64,000 nt of DNA from assembly GCA_035510735.1 (NCBI GenBank), contig DATKGN010000012.1, forward strand, positions 9,013 through 73,012. The letters run 5' to 3'. Under the pieces are notes generated by a model. That model did no database searches, was not told the DNA's origin, and worked only from the letters and a program-made list of their open reading frames with translations. Below are positions 55,225 through 63,983 of this stretch, in pieces (position 1 is the stretch's first letter; every line of letters begins with the position of its first letter). The position numbers were made by a program, and so were the translations under genes. The DNA comes from Patescibacteria group bacterium. Its GTDB lineage: Bacteria > Patescibacteriota > Microgenomatia > UBA10105 > UBA927.

Positions 55225-56067
55225 ATGCAACCTGTAACACGTAAAGATTTAGCGGGACTTTTTGTTCCTGGGCCCGGTTCACATAAGGGGCAAAACGGAC
55301 GATTGCTCGTTATAGGCGGAAGTGAATTGTTTCATGCGGCGAGTCTTTGGGCGCTGACGGTCGCATCCAGGATTGTTGATTTGGTTCATTTTGCATCGGT
55401 TCCTGAGAATAACGAAATCGTTCTGCGAGCAAAAGAGGAATTTCGAAACGGGATCGTTATCCGGCGGGATGATATTGATGCCTATATCAAAGAAGATGAC
55501 TGTATTCTTATCGGTGTTGGTATGACAAGGGACCGCGAAACGGAAGCATTGACGAACCGTCTTTTAAAAGACTATCCCAAAAAACAGTGGGTTATCGATG
55601 CAGGTGCGCTCCAGATGATGGACCTTGCTCTCATGCCGCAGGATGCGATTATCACGCCGCATCACGGTGAGTTTACCATCGTTTGGGAGAAGGCGGTCGT
55701 ACAACACCCTGAGATTGCCGTCAACGTGACCGATGAAGATAAAGTAAAGGTATTCGGCGATCTTTATAGATGCATTGTGTTATTAAAAGGTCGGGAGGAT
55801 TTGGTATATGGGAACGAAATTTGTCATCGTGTGAGTGGGGGTAACGCTGGGATGACAAAAGGTGGAACCGGGGACGTGCTTTCGGGGCTTGCTGCGGCCC
55901 TTGTAACGAAAAATAATCCACTTCTTGCCGCAACAGCGGCAAGCTTTATTAATAAAAAAGCCGGAGATACGTTATATAAAACAGTCGGGCCGTATTTTAA
56001 TACGACCGATTTGGCAAATCAAATTCCCGCCACAATGAAGCAATTGTTTGTTAGCGAAGAAAATTGA
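55225..56067 (+). CDS. nnr: NAD(P)H-hydrate dehydratase (YjeF C-terminal/Nnr, carbohydrate-kinase fold)
   Basis: GSHKGQNGRLLVIGGSELFHAASLWA...TPHHGEF...GGTGDVLSGLAAAL is the YjeF_C signature. Confidence 0.75.
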   Translation: MQPVTRKDLAGLFVPGPGSHKGQNGRLLVIGGSELFHAASLWALTVASRIVDLVHFASVPENNEIVLRAKEEFRNGIVIRRDDIDAYIKEDDCILIGVGMTRDRETEALTNRLLKDYPKKQWVIDAGALQMMDLALMPQDAIITPHHGEFTIVWEKAVVQHPEIAVNVTDEDKVKVFGDLYRCIVLLKGREDLVYGNEICHRVSGGNAGMTKGGTGDVLSGLAAALVTKNNPLLAATAASFINKKAGDTLYKTVGPYFNTTDLANQIPATMKQLFVSEEN

Positions 56068-57241
56068 CCGTCAAAAGGATCTGATTAAAGATTACCACGT
56101 GCTGATTTTGATAGAGAATCGATAAATTTGTGGGATTATATGGGTGTAGACTTAACAGAACATATTGGTTGTTTTGTCTGACGAATCTTGTGAATGCTGT
56201 TACTGTTTGTGGCAAACCGGCGGGAGGAGCAAGAATCTGATATGCACCGAATTCTCCGACCTGATCGTATGGTATTTGAGTTTGTCCTAACGTATAGTAA
56301 TAATGTGGATTGTTGCCGATTCCTACAACGTCTCCTAATTTATTAGTGTCCACATATGTTCCAAGAGAGATACCATCGGGAACGGTGAATGATTTTGCAA
56401 TAATGTAATGAATATGGTCATCGCTTGCAAATTGAACTTGGTTCTCTTCCGGAACAACACTCCATGTAGATGGATATTGTAGGGAAAAGGTCTTTGTCGG
56501 ATCTTGGTATGTATTCCATTTTGCGATCGCTGTGCTATCGAGAAATTTTAATGACGACAATATAGCGTTAACAACTTCCTTATCTTCCGGTTTTGTTGAA
56601 TAACGGATAGCATATACCGCGTAATTACCCTGTACAACGTAAAGAGCAATCGGAAGAGTGGCACTTGAATTTGGTAGGACACTGTTTGCGTCCTTATCGT
56701 GAAATTTAACAGATTGAACACTCCAGCTGGGATAGTTGAATTCTAATCCGCTACGAATATTACTTAATTTATCATCTATGTTTGTCATCGTTGTGTCGTA
56801 TTGAATTTCCATAATATTACTTAACCCATTAACGATCTGAATTGTGTTTTCGTTGGCTTTTACCAGCGTGTAATCGTCCGGGTAACTCAATTGATAATTT
56901 GCGTTTGTGTTTTGATAGATAATCCACTTGTGTGTTTTGTTTGAAGCTGCGGGATTTGCTGTATTTGTAGGCTCACTGTTGATTGATTTTAACTGAAGTG
57001 GTTGAAGCGTTGTTCGCGCGGGTGATTGTGATTGCATTTTTGGCAGAAGGTAGAATCGATAACCGGCAAATACAATGCCCCCGATAACGAGAAGACTTAT
57101 GAAAATGATAATTATGACAGTAGATTTATTTTGATGCGTCGTAGGGGGTTGAACAGGAGGAGTCCCCTTTGACTCTGTTGGCGATTGAGCGATAGTTTGT
57201 TCCACATTCTTAGTATACAGATTATTTTTCCATTTTTTCAA
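56051..57241 (-). CDS. hypothetical secreted/membrane-anchored protein (396 aa)
   Basis: N-terminal TM anchor after a Pro/Thr-rich linker (QPPTTHQNKSTVIIIIFISLLVIGGIVFAGY); a beta-rich ectodomain with many Tyr/Asn; no family match. Confidence 0.45.
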   Translation of the reverse strand: MKKWKNNLYTKNVEQTIAQSPTESKGTPPVQPPTTHQNKSTVIIIIFISLLVIGGIVFAGYRFYLLPKMQSQSPARTTLQPLQLKSINSEPTNTANPAASNKTHKWIIYQNTNANYQLSYPDDYTLVKANENTIQIVNGLSNIMEIQYDTTMTNIDDKLSNIRSGLEFNYPSWSVQSVKFHDKDANSVLPNSSATLPIALYVVQGNYAVYAIRYSTKPEDKEVVNAILSSLKFLDSTAIAKWNTYQDPTKTFSLQYPSTWSVVPEENQVQFASDDHIHYIIAKSFTVPDGISLGTYVDTNKLGDVVGIGNNPHYYYTLGQTQIPYDQVGEFGAYQILAPPAGLPQTVTAFTRFVRQNNQYVLLSLHPYNPTNLSILYQNQHVVIFNQILLTVNFLR

Positions 57242-57497
57242 TGAGGCGCGATAAATTTACCGTCACAATAACTGCAAGGATCGTTACAAGAATAGCATAA
57301 ATAAGTAGCGAGATAAATCCGCTCCCGAAAGGAAGATGTGGTTTTATATATACGCTTACTAATTCTTGAATTGCATTATTCCAGGCAAGAGCCGCAACGA
57401 GTCCGAATCCACTCGTCGCAAGAGTCACCATCTGTTGTAAAACGGCCTTATGTAGTTGCTTTTTTGGCTCACCTCCTGATTGCTTTTTTACATCCAT
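57222..57497 (-). CDS. small two-TM membrane protein (resembles DUF5654)
   Basis: …LQQMVTLATSGFGLVAALAWNNAIQELVSVYIKPHLPFGSGFISLLIYAILVTILAVIVTV…; the ORF start is 2 nt from the start of the divergent Fic gene. Confidence 0.4.
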   Translation of the reverse strand: MDVKKQSGGEPKKQLHKAVLQQMVTLATSGFGLVAALAWNNAIQELVSVYIKPHLPFGSGFISLLIYAILVTILAVIVTVNLSRLIEKMEK

Positions 57498-58602
57498 GAG
57501 GGTATTATACGGTTATTCTGCGGGAAAATACAATTCTGTGGATTTCATCCTACTTATGTATACACCGAATTATACGATCACGAATAAAATTCTCAAATAT
57601 ATGGGCATTATTGAGGCTGCTAAAGAGGTGATTGAGAATGCCCCATTGGTACCTGCGTGGGAAGCGAAATTTCGAGAAGACGCTATGGTCCGTACCGTCC
57701 ATCATGGGACACACATAGAAGGGAACGAATTATCGTTCGGTGAAGCGGAGAAAGTGCTAGCTGGCGCCAAGATTGTCGGGCGTGATCGGGATATTCAGGA
57801 GGTCCTTAATTACCGGAATGTTCTTAAATTTATTGAAGGATATGATAAGAAGGAAATCACGGAAGAATCGTTGAAGCGCATTCATGAGATGACGGTTCAT
57901 CGGATATTGCCAGACACCGCCATCGGGGTTTATCGAAAGACGCAAGTGGTTGTGAAAAATAGCCAAACAGGAGAGGTAACGTTCCGTCCGCCACCTGCAG
58001 TTGAGGTTCCGTTTCTGATTGCCTCATTTTTGCAGTGGCTCAATGGAACGAACTCTGAAGATATTCACACGGTCATTAAAGCGGGCATTGCGCATTATGA
58101 GATTGTCCGCATCCATCCGTTCCTTGACGGGAACGGCAGGGTTGCACGGGGAGTTGCGACCCTGGTTTTGTTTAAAGACGGGTACGATATTAAGCGCTTC
58201 TTTTCACTTGAGGAACACTATGACCAGGAGCCGTTGTCCTATTATGACGGGCTACAAAGCGTGGGACGCTTAAACGGTAATTTGACTCCATGGCTTGAAT
58301 ATTTTTCGGAAGGCCTTGCTATTGAACTTACCCGCATCAAAGAAAAAATTAAAACGCTTTCAACGGATTTAAAGCTCAAAAAATCGCTTGGAGGGCAACC
58401 GTTAACGCTTACCGAGCGCCAGATTAAAATCGTCGAGTTCGTTCAGGAAAACGGATTTTTACAGAATAAGTCATTTTTTGAATTATTTCCCATGATATCC
58501 GAGGATACGGTTCTTCGAGAATTGAAGGACCTTATTAAAAAGGGTATAGTGAAAAAAGAAGGCACGACCAAAGGCGTACGGTATGTGCTACGAAGTACAT
58601 AA
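57496..58602 (+). CDS. Fic-family protein (AMPylase/phosphocholine transferase fold) with a C-terminal winged-helix domain
   Basis: Canonical Fic motif HPFLDGNGRVARG (HxFx[DE]GNGR) at residues about 203-215; an N-terminal Fic_N-like region. An inhibitory (S/T)xxxE(G/N) motif is not obvious; TVHHGTHIEGN is a candidate. The true start may be an internal Met. Confidence 0.75.
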   Translation: MRVLYGYSAGKYNSVDFILLMYTPNYTITNKILKYMGIIEAAKEVIENAPLVPAWEAKFREDAMVRTVHHGTHIEGNELSFGEAEKVLAGAKIVGRDRDIQEVLNYRNVLKFIEGYDKKEITEESLKRIHEMTVHRILPDTAIGVYRKTQVVVKNSQTGEVTFRPPPAVEVPFLIASFLQWLNGTNSEDIHTVIKAGIAHYEIVRIHPFLDGNGRVARGVATLVLFKDGYDIKRFFSLEEHYDQEPLSYYDGLQSVGRLNGNLTPWLEYFSEGLAIELTRIKEKIKTLSTDLKLKKSLGGQPLTLTERQIKIVEFVQENGFLQNKSFFELFPMISEDTVLRELKDLIKKGIVKKEGTTKGVRYVLRST

Positions 58603-58670
58603 TAATCCAATAAACAAATAATCGAATAATAACTACATTCGTTTATTGAAATACAATTGGATTATTTACT

Positions 58671-58856
58671 ATGAATCTATCCGGCCCAGGAATCACATAT
58701 GTGTTTCTTATTATCCCGTCGATTTTTGCCTTAGTTGTCGTCATTCAGGGGATCGAAAAGCTGACCCGTGATGATCATGAGGGATATGTTGCATTAGGAT
58801 TCGGAATATTTTTTCTTATACTCATTGCCGCTGCCTACGTATTATTTATTCAATGA
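58671..58856 (+). CDS. small two-TM membrane protein (61 aa)
   Basis: Hydrophobic ORF MNLSGPGITYVFLIIPSIFALVVVIQG...FGIFFLILIAAAYVLFIQ; weak evidence. Confidence 0.3.
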   Translation: MNLSGPGITYVFLIIPSIFALVVVIQGIEKLTRDDHEGYVALGFGIFFLILIAAAYVLFIQ

Positions 58857-58860
58857 AGTC

Positions 58861-58987
58861 AGTTGTCATTCCTTTTTTGTCATCCTCGGGCTTGACCCGA
58901 GGATCAGCTTTCTGATAAAAAGTTATCAAAACCAAAAACGGTTCCCGCCTTCGCGGGAATGACAAACGACAGTGAGGATGACAAAAA
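58861..58987. repeat. composite MITE/REP-like hairpin repeat cluster (copy 4) with nested termini TTGTCATTCC...GGAATGACAA and TTGTCATCC...GGATGACAA
   Basis: 58877-58906 ttgtcatcctcgggcttgacccgaggat (9-bp stem, CTTGA loop); 58939-58965 cggttcccgccttcgcgggaatgacaa (7-bp stem, CTTC loop); 58974-58982 ggatgacaa. It lies in the 5' leader of the DNA ligase gene. Confidence 0.55.
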
Positions 58988-58994
58988 ACCAAAT

Positions 58995-60722
58995 ATGAAG
59001 TTTTCAGAGCTTGCTGGGTATTTCAAACGACTGGACAAGACCGCGTCACGGAATGAAATGACGGAGATCCTTGCGGATTTGTTCCGGCACGTACAAAAGG
59101 ATGAAATCGGTAAAATTTGTTACCTTCTTCTCGGGCGAGTTGTTCCACTGTATGAGGCCGTCGAATTCGGCGTTGCCGACAAGTTTATGATCCGCGCGAT
59201 CGCGCTTGCATACGACACCGATCAGGATCATGTTGTTTCGGCGTTCAAAAAAACAGGGGACCTTGGGATGGCGGCCGAAATCTGTGCACTGCAAAAAAAA
59301 CGAAAGCATTCAGATATAGAAGTTTCAAAAGTGTATGACGCGTTATTTTCTGTTGCCAATGAAGGGGGACAGGGATCGCAGGAGAAGAAAATCGGTTTAC
59401 TTGCCGGTCTTCTTTCATCCATGGACGCACTTTCAGCACGGTATCTGGCGAGAATTCCGCTTGATAAACTCCGTCTGGGATTTTCCGATATGACCATGCT
59501 TGATAGTCTGTCATGGATGGTCGCAGGCGATAAATCACTTCGTCCGGTGCTTGAAACCACATACAACGTCCGCCCGGACATCGGGTATCTTGCGCAAACG
59601 GTTAAATCCGACGGTGTTAAAGGTCTTTCTCACATTCATGCGAAAGTCGGTGCTCCTATTCTTGCGTCACTTTGCGCACGGCTTCCGAATGCCGATGAAA
59701 TGATCAAAAAAATGGGAGAAGTTGCCGTTGAACCAAAATATGATGGCGTAAGGGTGCAGATTCATTTCAGACGGGGGAAATTCGTTGCATCCTACTCACG
59801 GAATTTGGAAAATACGACCGCGATGTTTCCGGAACTCGAACAAATTGGCGCGGAATTAAACGGAGACGAAGTTATCCTGGATTCCGAAGCGATCGGGTAC
59901 GATAAACAACATGATAAACTCATCTCATTTCAGGAAACGATGACCCGCAAACGGAAGCACGGAATTGCACAAGCGTCTCAAACAATGCCCCTAAAATTTT
60001 ACGTTTTCGATATTTTATACAAAGACGGTAAGGAATTGTTATCCATTCCGCTACGGGAGCGCCGTAAGATACTTGAGGCAACCCTTAAACAAAAAGAAAA
60101 CCGGTGTCTTATGCTTTCCCCTGAAATAATAACGCGCGATGCAAATGAAATCCGCAGGTATCATAATGAACAGTTAAAAAAAGGCCTTGAAGGAGCGGTG
60201 GTCAAAAAATGGGATAGCATCTATGAGCCCGGACGGACCGGATATCACTGGGTTAAGTTTAAAGAGGAAGAGGGAAAAACCGGTAAACTCACCGATACAA
60301 TTGACGCAGTCATCATGGGATATTCTCGGGGGGAAGGGAAGCGGTCGGGGTTTGGGATAGGCATGTTCCTTGTGGGAGTGAGGAAAGGCGATAGTTTTGT
60401 GACGGTGACTAAAATCGGTACCGGGGTGTCTGATGAATTATGGAAGGATCTCCATCAAAAGCTTCACACTATTAAAGTGTCGGTAAAACCAAAAGAATAT
60501 GGGGAGGTAAATAAATTATTTATTCCCGACGTTTGGGTCGCGCCCCGCATAGTTGTTGAGATAGCAGGTGATGATCTGACAAAATCATCCACCCATGGCG
60601 CCGGCGTTGCCGTACGATTTCCGAGGCTCGTCCGGATACGCATAGACAAATCGCCGCAGCAAGCTACAACAGTCAGTGAAATTGAGGGGATGTTTAATAG
60701 GCAGAAACAATCGCCCCTTTAA
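58995..60722 (+). CDS. lig: ATP-dependent DNA ligase (archaeal/eukaryotic-type)
   Basis: Adenylation motif I KxDGxR (EPKYDGVRVQIH), motifs III-V and the OB domain; ATG at 58995 (MKFSELAGYF). The track start at 58959 reads through the repeat cluster. Confidence 0.8.
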   Translation: MKFSELAGYFKRLDKTASRNEMTEILADLFRHVQKDEIGKICYLLLGRVVPLYEAVEFGVADKFMIRAIALAYDTDQDHVVSAFKKTGDLGMAAEICALQKKRKHSDIEVSKVYDALFSVANEGGQGSQEKKIGLLAGLLSSMDALSARYLARIPLDKLRLGFSDMTMLDSLSWMVAGDKSLRPVLETTYNVRPDIGYLAQTVKSDGVKGLSHIHAKVGAPILASLCARLPNADEMIKKMGEVAVEPKYDGVRVQIHFRRGKFVASYSRNLENTTAMFPELEQIGAELNGDEVILDSEAIGYDKQHDKLISFQETMTRKRKHGIAQASQTMPLKFYVFDILYKDGKELLSIPLRERRKILEATLKQKENRCLMLSPEIITRDANEIRRYHNEQLKKGLEGAVVKKWDSIYEPGRTGYHWVKFKEEEGKTGKLTDTIDAVIMGYSRGEGKRSGFGIGMFLVGVRKGDSFVTVTKIGTGVSDELWKDLHQKLHTIKVSVKPKEYGEVNKLFIPDVWVAPRIVVEIAGDDLTKSSTHGAGVAVRFPRLVRIRIDKSPQQATTVSEIEGMFNRQKQSPL

Positions 60723-60762
60723 TGCGAATAGCGTTCATTTGCCGTATAATGCAGAAGAATTT

Positions 60763-61593
60763 ATGTTAAAACCGCGTTTTTCCGTTATTATTCCGACATT
60801 GAACGAAGAAAAGTTTCTCCCAAAACTCCTCACATCACTTACGCAGCAGACGGTGAAAAATTTTGAAGTGATCGTGGTTGACGCTTCACCGGATAATCGT
60901 ACGATTGCTGCTGCAAAACGGTTTGAAAAAAGTCTTCCGATAACTATAAAACAGCACGAAGTAAAAGGAGTTTCGCGCCAACGGAATAGTGGCGCCAAAT
61001 TGTCAAAAGCCGATTGGTTAATTTTTATCGATGCCGACAGTATATTGTTTCCTAATTTTATCGAGCGAATTACCAGATTCATAGATAAAAAGCATTCCAG
61101 ATTTTTTACCACATGGCTTAAAGCTGACAGTGAGGAGCCGGGGGATGCCATTGGGGGGTTTTTATTGAATATGGGGATTGAAGGGAGTGTTCTTATTGAA
61201 CGACCCTGGGCGCCGGGTCCATTGACGGCAGTGCGGCGGGATGTGTTTGAGAGCGTCGGCGGATATAACGAAAATGTTACATTTGCTGAAGATCATGAAC
61301 TCGGCGTCATGATCTACCGTAAAGGAGTCGCTTTTGACATATTGCGGGAGATTCTCTACATCTATTCGTTTCGCCGATTCAGAAAAGAGAAAAGCCTAAA
61401 AATTTTTAATCGGTGGTTAAAGTCGACCTTGAGCATCGTATTTACGCATAAGGGGTTGAAATATATGCCCGGATTTATCGGTGGGGGAAGTATTTATGAG
61501 CAATCGCCGCAGGAGAAAAAGAAGGGGAGTGTGTTTTTTTCACGACTAGGACAACGTATAGATAAGGTTATCCGTGAACTTGTTGCATCATGA
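60763..61593 (+). CDS. glycosyltransferase family 2 (paralog 1)
   Basis: FSVIIPTLNEEKFLPKLLTSLTQQTVKNFEVIVVDASPDNRT...WLIFIDADS (DxD) GT-A fold; ATG at 60763, TATAAT at 60746-60751. Confidence 0.7.
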   Translation: MLKPRFSVIIPTLNEEKFLPKLLTSLTQQTVKNFEVIVVDASPDNRTIAAAKRFEKSLPITIKQHEVKGVSRQRNSGAKLSKADWLIFIDADSILFPNFIERITRFIDKKHSRFFTTWLKADSEEPGDAIGGFLLNMGIEGSVLIERPWAPGPLTAVRRDVFESVGGYNENVTFAEDHELGVMIYRKGVAFDILREILYIYSFRRFRKEKSLKIFNRWLKSTLSIVFTHKGLKYMPGFIGGGSIYEQSPQEKKKGSVFFSRLGQRIDKVIRELVAS

Positions 61594-62402
61594 TTTCGAT
61601 TATCATCCCCACACTTAACGAGGAAAAATTTCTTCCAAAATTATTAGAATCACTCACTGTTCAAACGGTGAAGGATTTTGAGGTGATTGTAGTTGACGGG
61701 TCATCAAAGGATAAAACAGTAGAGCTGGCGTATACCTTTTCTTCAAAGCTTCCCAAATTGACGGTTGTTGTCAGCGGTAGAGCGAGTCTTCCGCTACAGC
61801 GCAATCTGGGGGCACAAAAGGCAGAAGGGGATTGGCTTGTGTTTATTGATGCCGACAGTATTTTACTTCCCTATTCGGTTGGGCGGATAGAACAATATAT
61901 TAAAGATGAACGTCTCAAATTTTTTACCGCCTGGTGCCGGCCGGACAGTGAAGTCCAGGGAGATGCGTTTATAACACTTTTTTGGAATATTGCGGTAGAG
62001 AGTTTGAATCGTTTTAAAAGACCAATGGCTCCCGGACCGCTTACCGCGGTTGATAGGGCTACATTTATGCTTGTCGGGGGGTACGACGAAGGTCATGCAT
62101 TTAACGAGGATATTGATTTTAGTCTGCGATTAGATAAAAAGGGTGTTAAGCTGCAAATTATTAGGGAAACGCTTTATGTTGTATCACTGCGACGGCTTCG
62201 AACCCAAGGAACATTACATGTAGTTCAACAGTACGCACAAGCAGCGTTGCCGATTCTTTTCTTTAAGCGACCACTCAGCTATATGCCGGGGTATGTCATG
62301 GGGGGACAGGTATATGATAAAAAGAAAAAACAATTTAAGCCTTCTGTAATAAAACAATACGAGACGAAACTAAAAAACCTTATGAAAGAATTCCTTGAAT
62401 AA
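61590..62402 (+). CDS. glycosyltransferase family 2 (paralog 2, tandem duplicate)
   Basis: MISIIIPTLNEEKFLPKLLESLTVQTVKDFEVIVVDGSSKDKT...WLVFIDADS; clear paralog of the upstream gene over its full length, with a 4-nt start/stop overlap. Confidence 0.7.
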   Translation: MISIIIPTLNEEKFLPKLLESLTVQTVKDFEVIVVDGSSKDKTVELAYTFSSKLPKLTVVVSGRASLPLQRNLGAQKAEGDWLVFIDADSILLPYSVGRIEQYIKDERLKFFTAWCRPDSEVQGDAFITLFWNIAVESLNRFKRPMAPGPLTAVDRATFMLVGGYDEGHAFNEDIDFSLRLDKKGVKLQIIRETLYVVSLRRLRTQGTLHVVQQYAQAALPILFFKRPLSYMPGYVMGGQVYDKKKKQFKPSVIKQYETKLKNLMKEFLE

Positions 62403-62465
62403 CAATGCCCCAGCACAACGCTTACCTCCTCTCGAGGTCTACGTCCTGGCATCGGAAGGGCGCGT

Positions 62466-63983
62466 ATGCGGGGCAAGCAACTTATTATGCAAGTAATAGC
62501 AGATCTTCAATTGCATTCAAAATATTCACGGGCGGTATCGCCTCAAATGATTTTACCGCAGATATGTGCATGGACGAAACGGAAAGGGATGGGGCTTGTG
62601 GCGACCGGGGATTGGACACATCCGCTCTGGATGAAGGAAATTAAGGATAATCTGGAAGAATTGGGGAACGGACTTCTCAGGCTGAAGCCGGCGGTAGAAG
62701 AGAGAGAACTGAAGATAGAGAAGGTAAATCCAACTTCTCCCCTTAATTCTCTTCCATCTCCTCTTTTTCTTCTCGCTACCGAAGTTTCCTGTATTTATTC
62801 TCAGGGAGGGAAGGGGAGACGGGTCCATACACTCATTTGGGTGCCGACGCTCGCCGCAACCGACAAAATCAATAAAGAGATGACGCGTCAGGGGTGTAAT
62901 CTCATGAGTGACGGGCGGCCGATAATCGGACTTACCTCTATTCAAGTGGCTGAGCTCGTGTTGACCATTGAACCTCATGCACTTATCATTCCTGCGCACG
63001 CATGGACACCGTGGTTCTCCGTGTTTGGCAGCATGAGCGGGTTTAACAGTATCGAAGAGGCGTATGGTCCGTTTGCAAAACATATATACGCTGTCGAGAC
63101 GGGCTTATCGAGTAACCCGTCGATGAATTGGCGCATCAAAGAGCTGGATAACCGGTCGATTGTATCGTTTTCCGATGCGCATAGCGGACCGAAATTGGGA
63201 CGCGAGTCAACGGTTTTTAATATTCCGGACGGGAAATTAAGCTATGATTCCATTTATGATGCAATTAAACAACCGTTTGGCGGCGCTCAGGTCGTTTCGT
63301 CAAATTCAAGAGTTCTTCGATCTCCGGCTTCCGCTGGAGCCCCTGCGGCGAAGAACTCGAATTTGCCAAAACTCCCCGCGCCGTTCATTTCTTATACTAT
63401 TGAATTCTATCCTGAGGAGGGAAAATATCATTGGACCGGGCATCGGGCATGTAATATCCGTTGGGGTCCGAAGCAGACAGCCAAAAACGGTACCACGTGT
63501 CCGGTATGCGGGAAACCCTTAACCCAGGGCGTTGAGCAGCGCGTCAGCGAGCTTGCCGGGCGGAGTGAAGAAGATCTGAAGCTTACCATTGAGTCAGAAG
63601 CGATTTATCAGGGTGGCGCTCTTGTAAACGTTACGAAAAGCAAAGCATTCCCGAACCGTGCACCATTTGTTATGCTCGTACCCCTTCAGGAAATCATTGC
63701 TGAGTGCATAGGTTCCCCTGTGGCCAGTCCCAAGGTGCAGACGCCCTACCTTCAGCTTACCGATGCGTTAGGCGGCGAATTTTCAGTACTTTTGAAGTCA
63801 TCGCATAAAGAAATAGAGCACATTGCGGGCGAGCGCGTCGCTGTGGGGGTTGAAAAAGTCAGACGTGGCGACATCGTGATTGACCCCGGCTATGACGGCG
63901 TTTTCGGCGTCGTAAAATTGTGGCGTGAAGGTGAAGAAAAACCTCTTATCGATAGTTCGAGAGAACAGCTTAGAATCCTGTAA
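62466..63983 (+). CDS. PHP-domain protein with a Zn-ribbon, endonuclease Q-like
   Basis: ADLQLHSKYSRA (PHP motif I), multiple His/Asp blocks (PAHAWTPWFS; FSDAHS), and C-x2-C...C-x2-C (TTCPVCGKPL) as in the EndoQ family. The end is near the window edge. Confidence 0.45.
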   Translation: MRGKQLIMQVIADLQLHSKYSRAVSPQMILPQICAWTKRKGMGLVATGDWTHPLWMKEIKDNLEELGNGLLRLKPAVEERELKIEKVNPTSPLNSLPSPLFLLATEVSCIYSQGGKGRRVHTLIWVPTLAATDKINKEMTRQGCNLMSDGRPIIGLTSIQVAELVLTIEPHALIIPAHAWTPWFSVFGSMSGFNSIEEAYGPFAKHIYAVETGLSSNPSMNWRIKELDNRSIVSFSDAHSGPKLGRESTVFNIPDGKLSYDSIYDAIKQPFGGAQVVSSNSRVLRSPASAGAPAAKNSNLPKLPAPFISYTIEFYPEEGKYHWTGHRACNIRWGPKQTAKNGTTCPVCGKPLTQGVEQRVSELAGRSEEDLKLTIESEAIYQGGALVNVTKSKAFPNRAPFVMLVPLQEIIAECIGSPVASPKVQTPYLQLTDALGGEFSVLLKSSHKEIEHIAGERVAVGVEKVRRGDIVIDPGYDGVFGVVKLWREGEEKPLIDSSREQLRIL

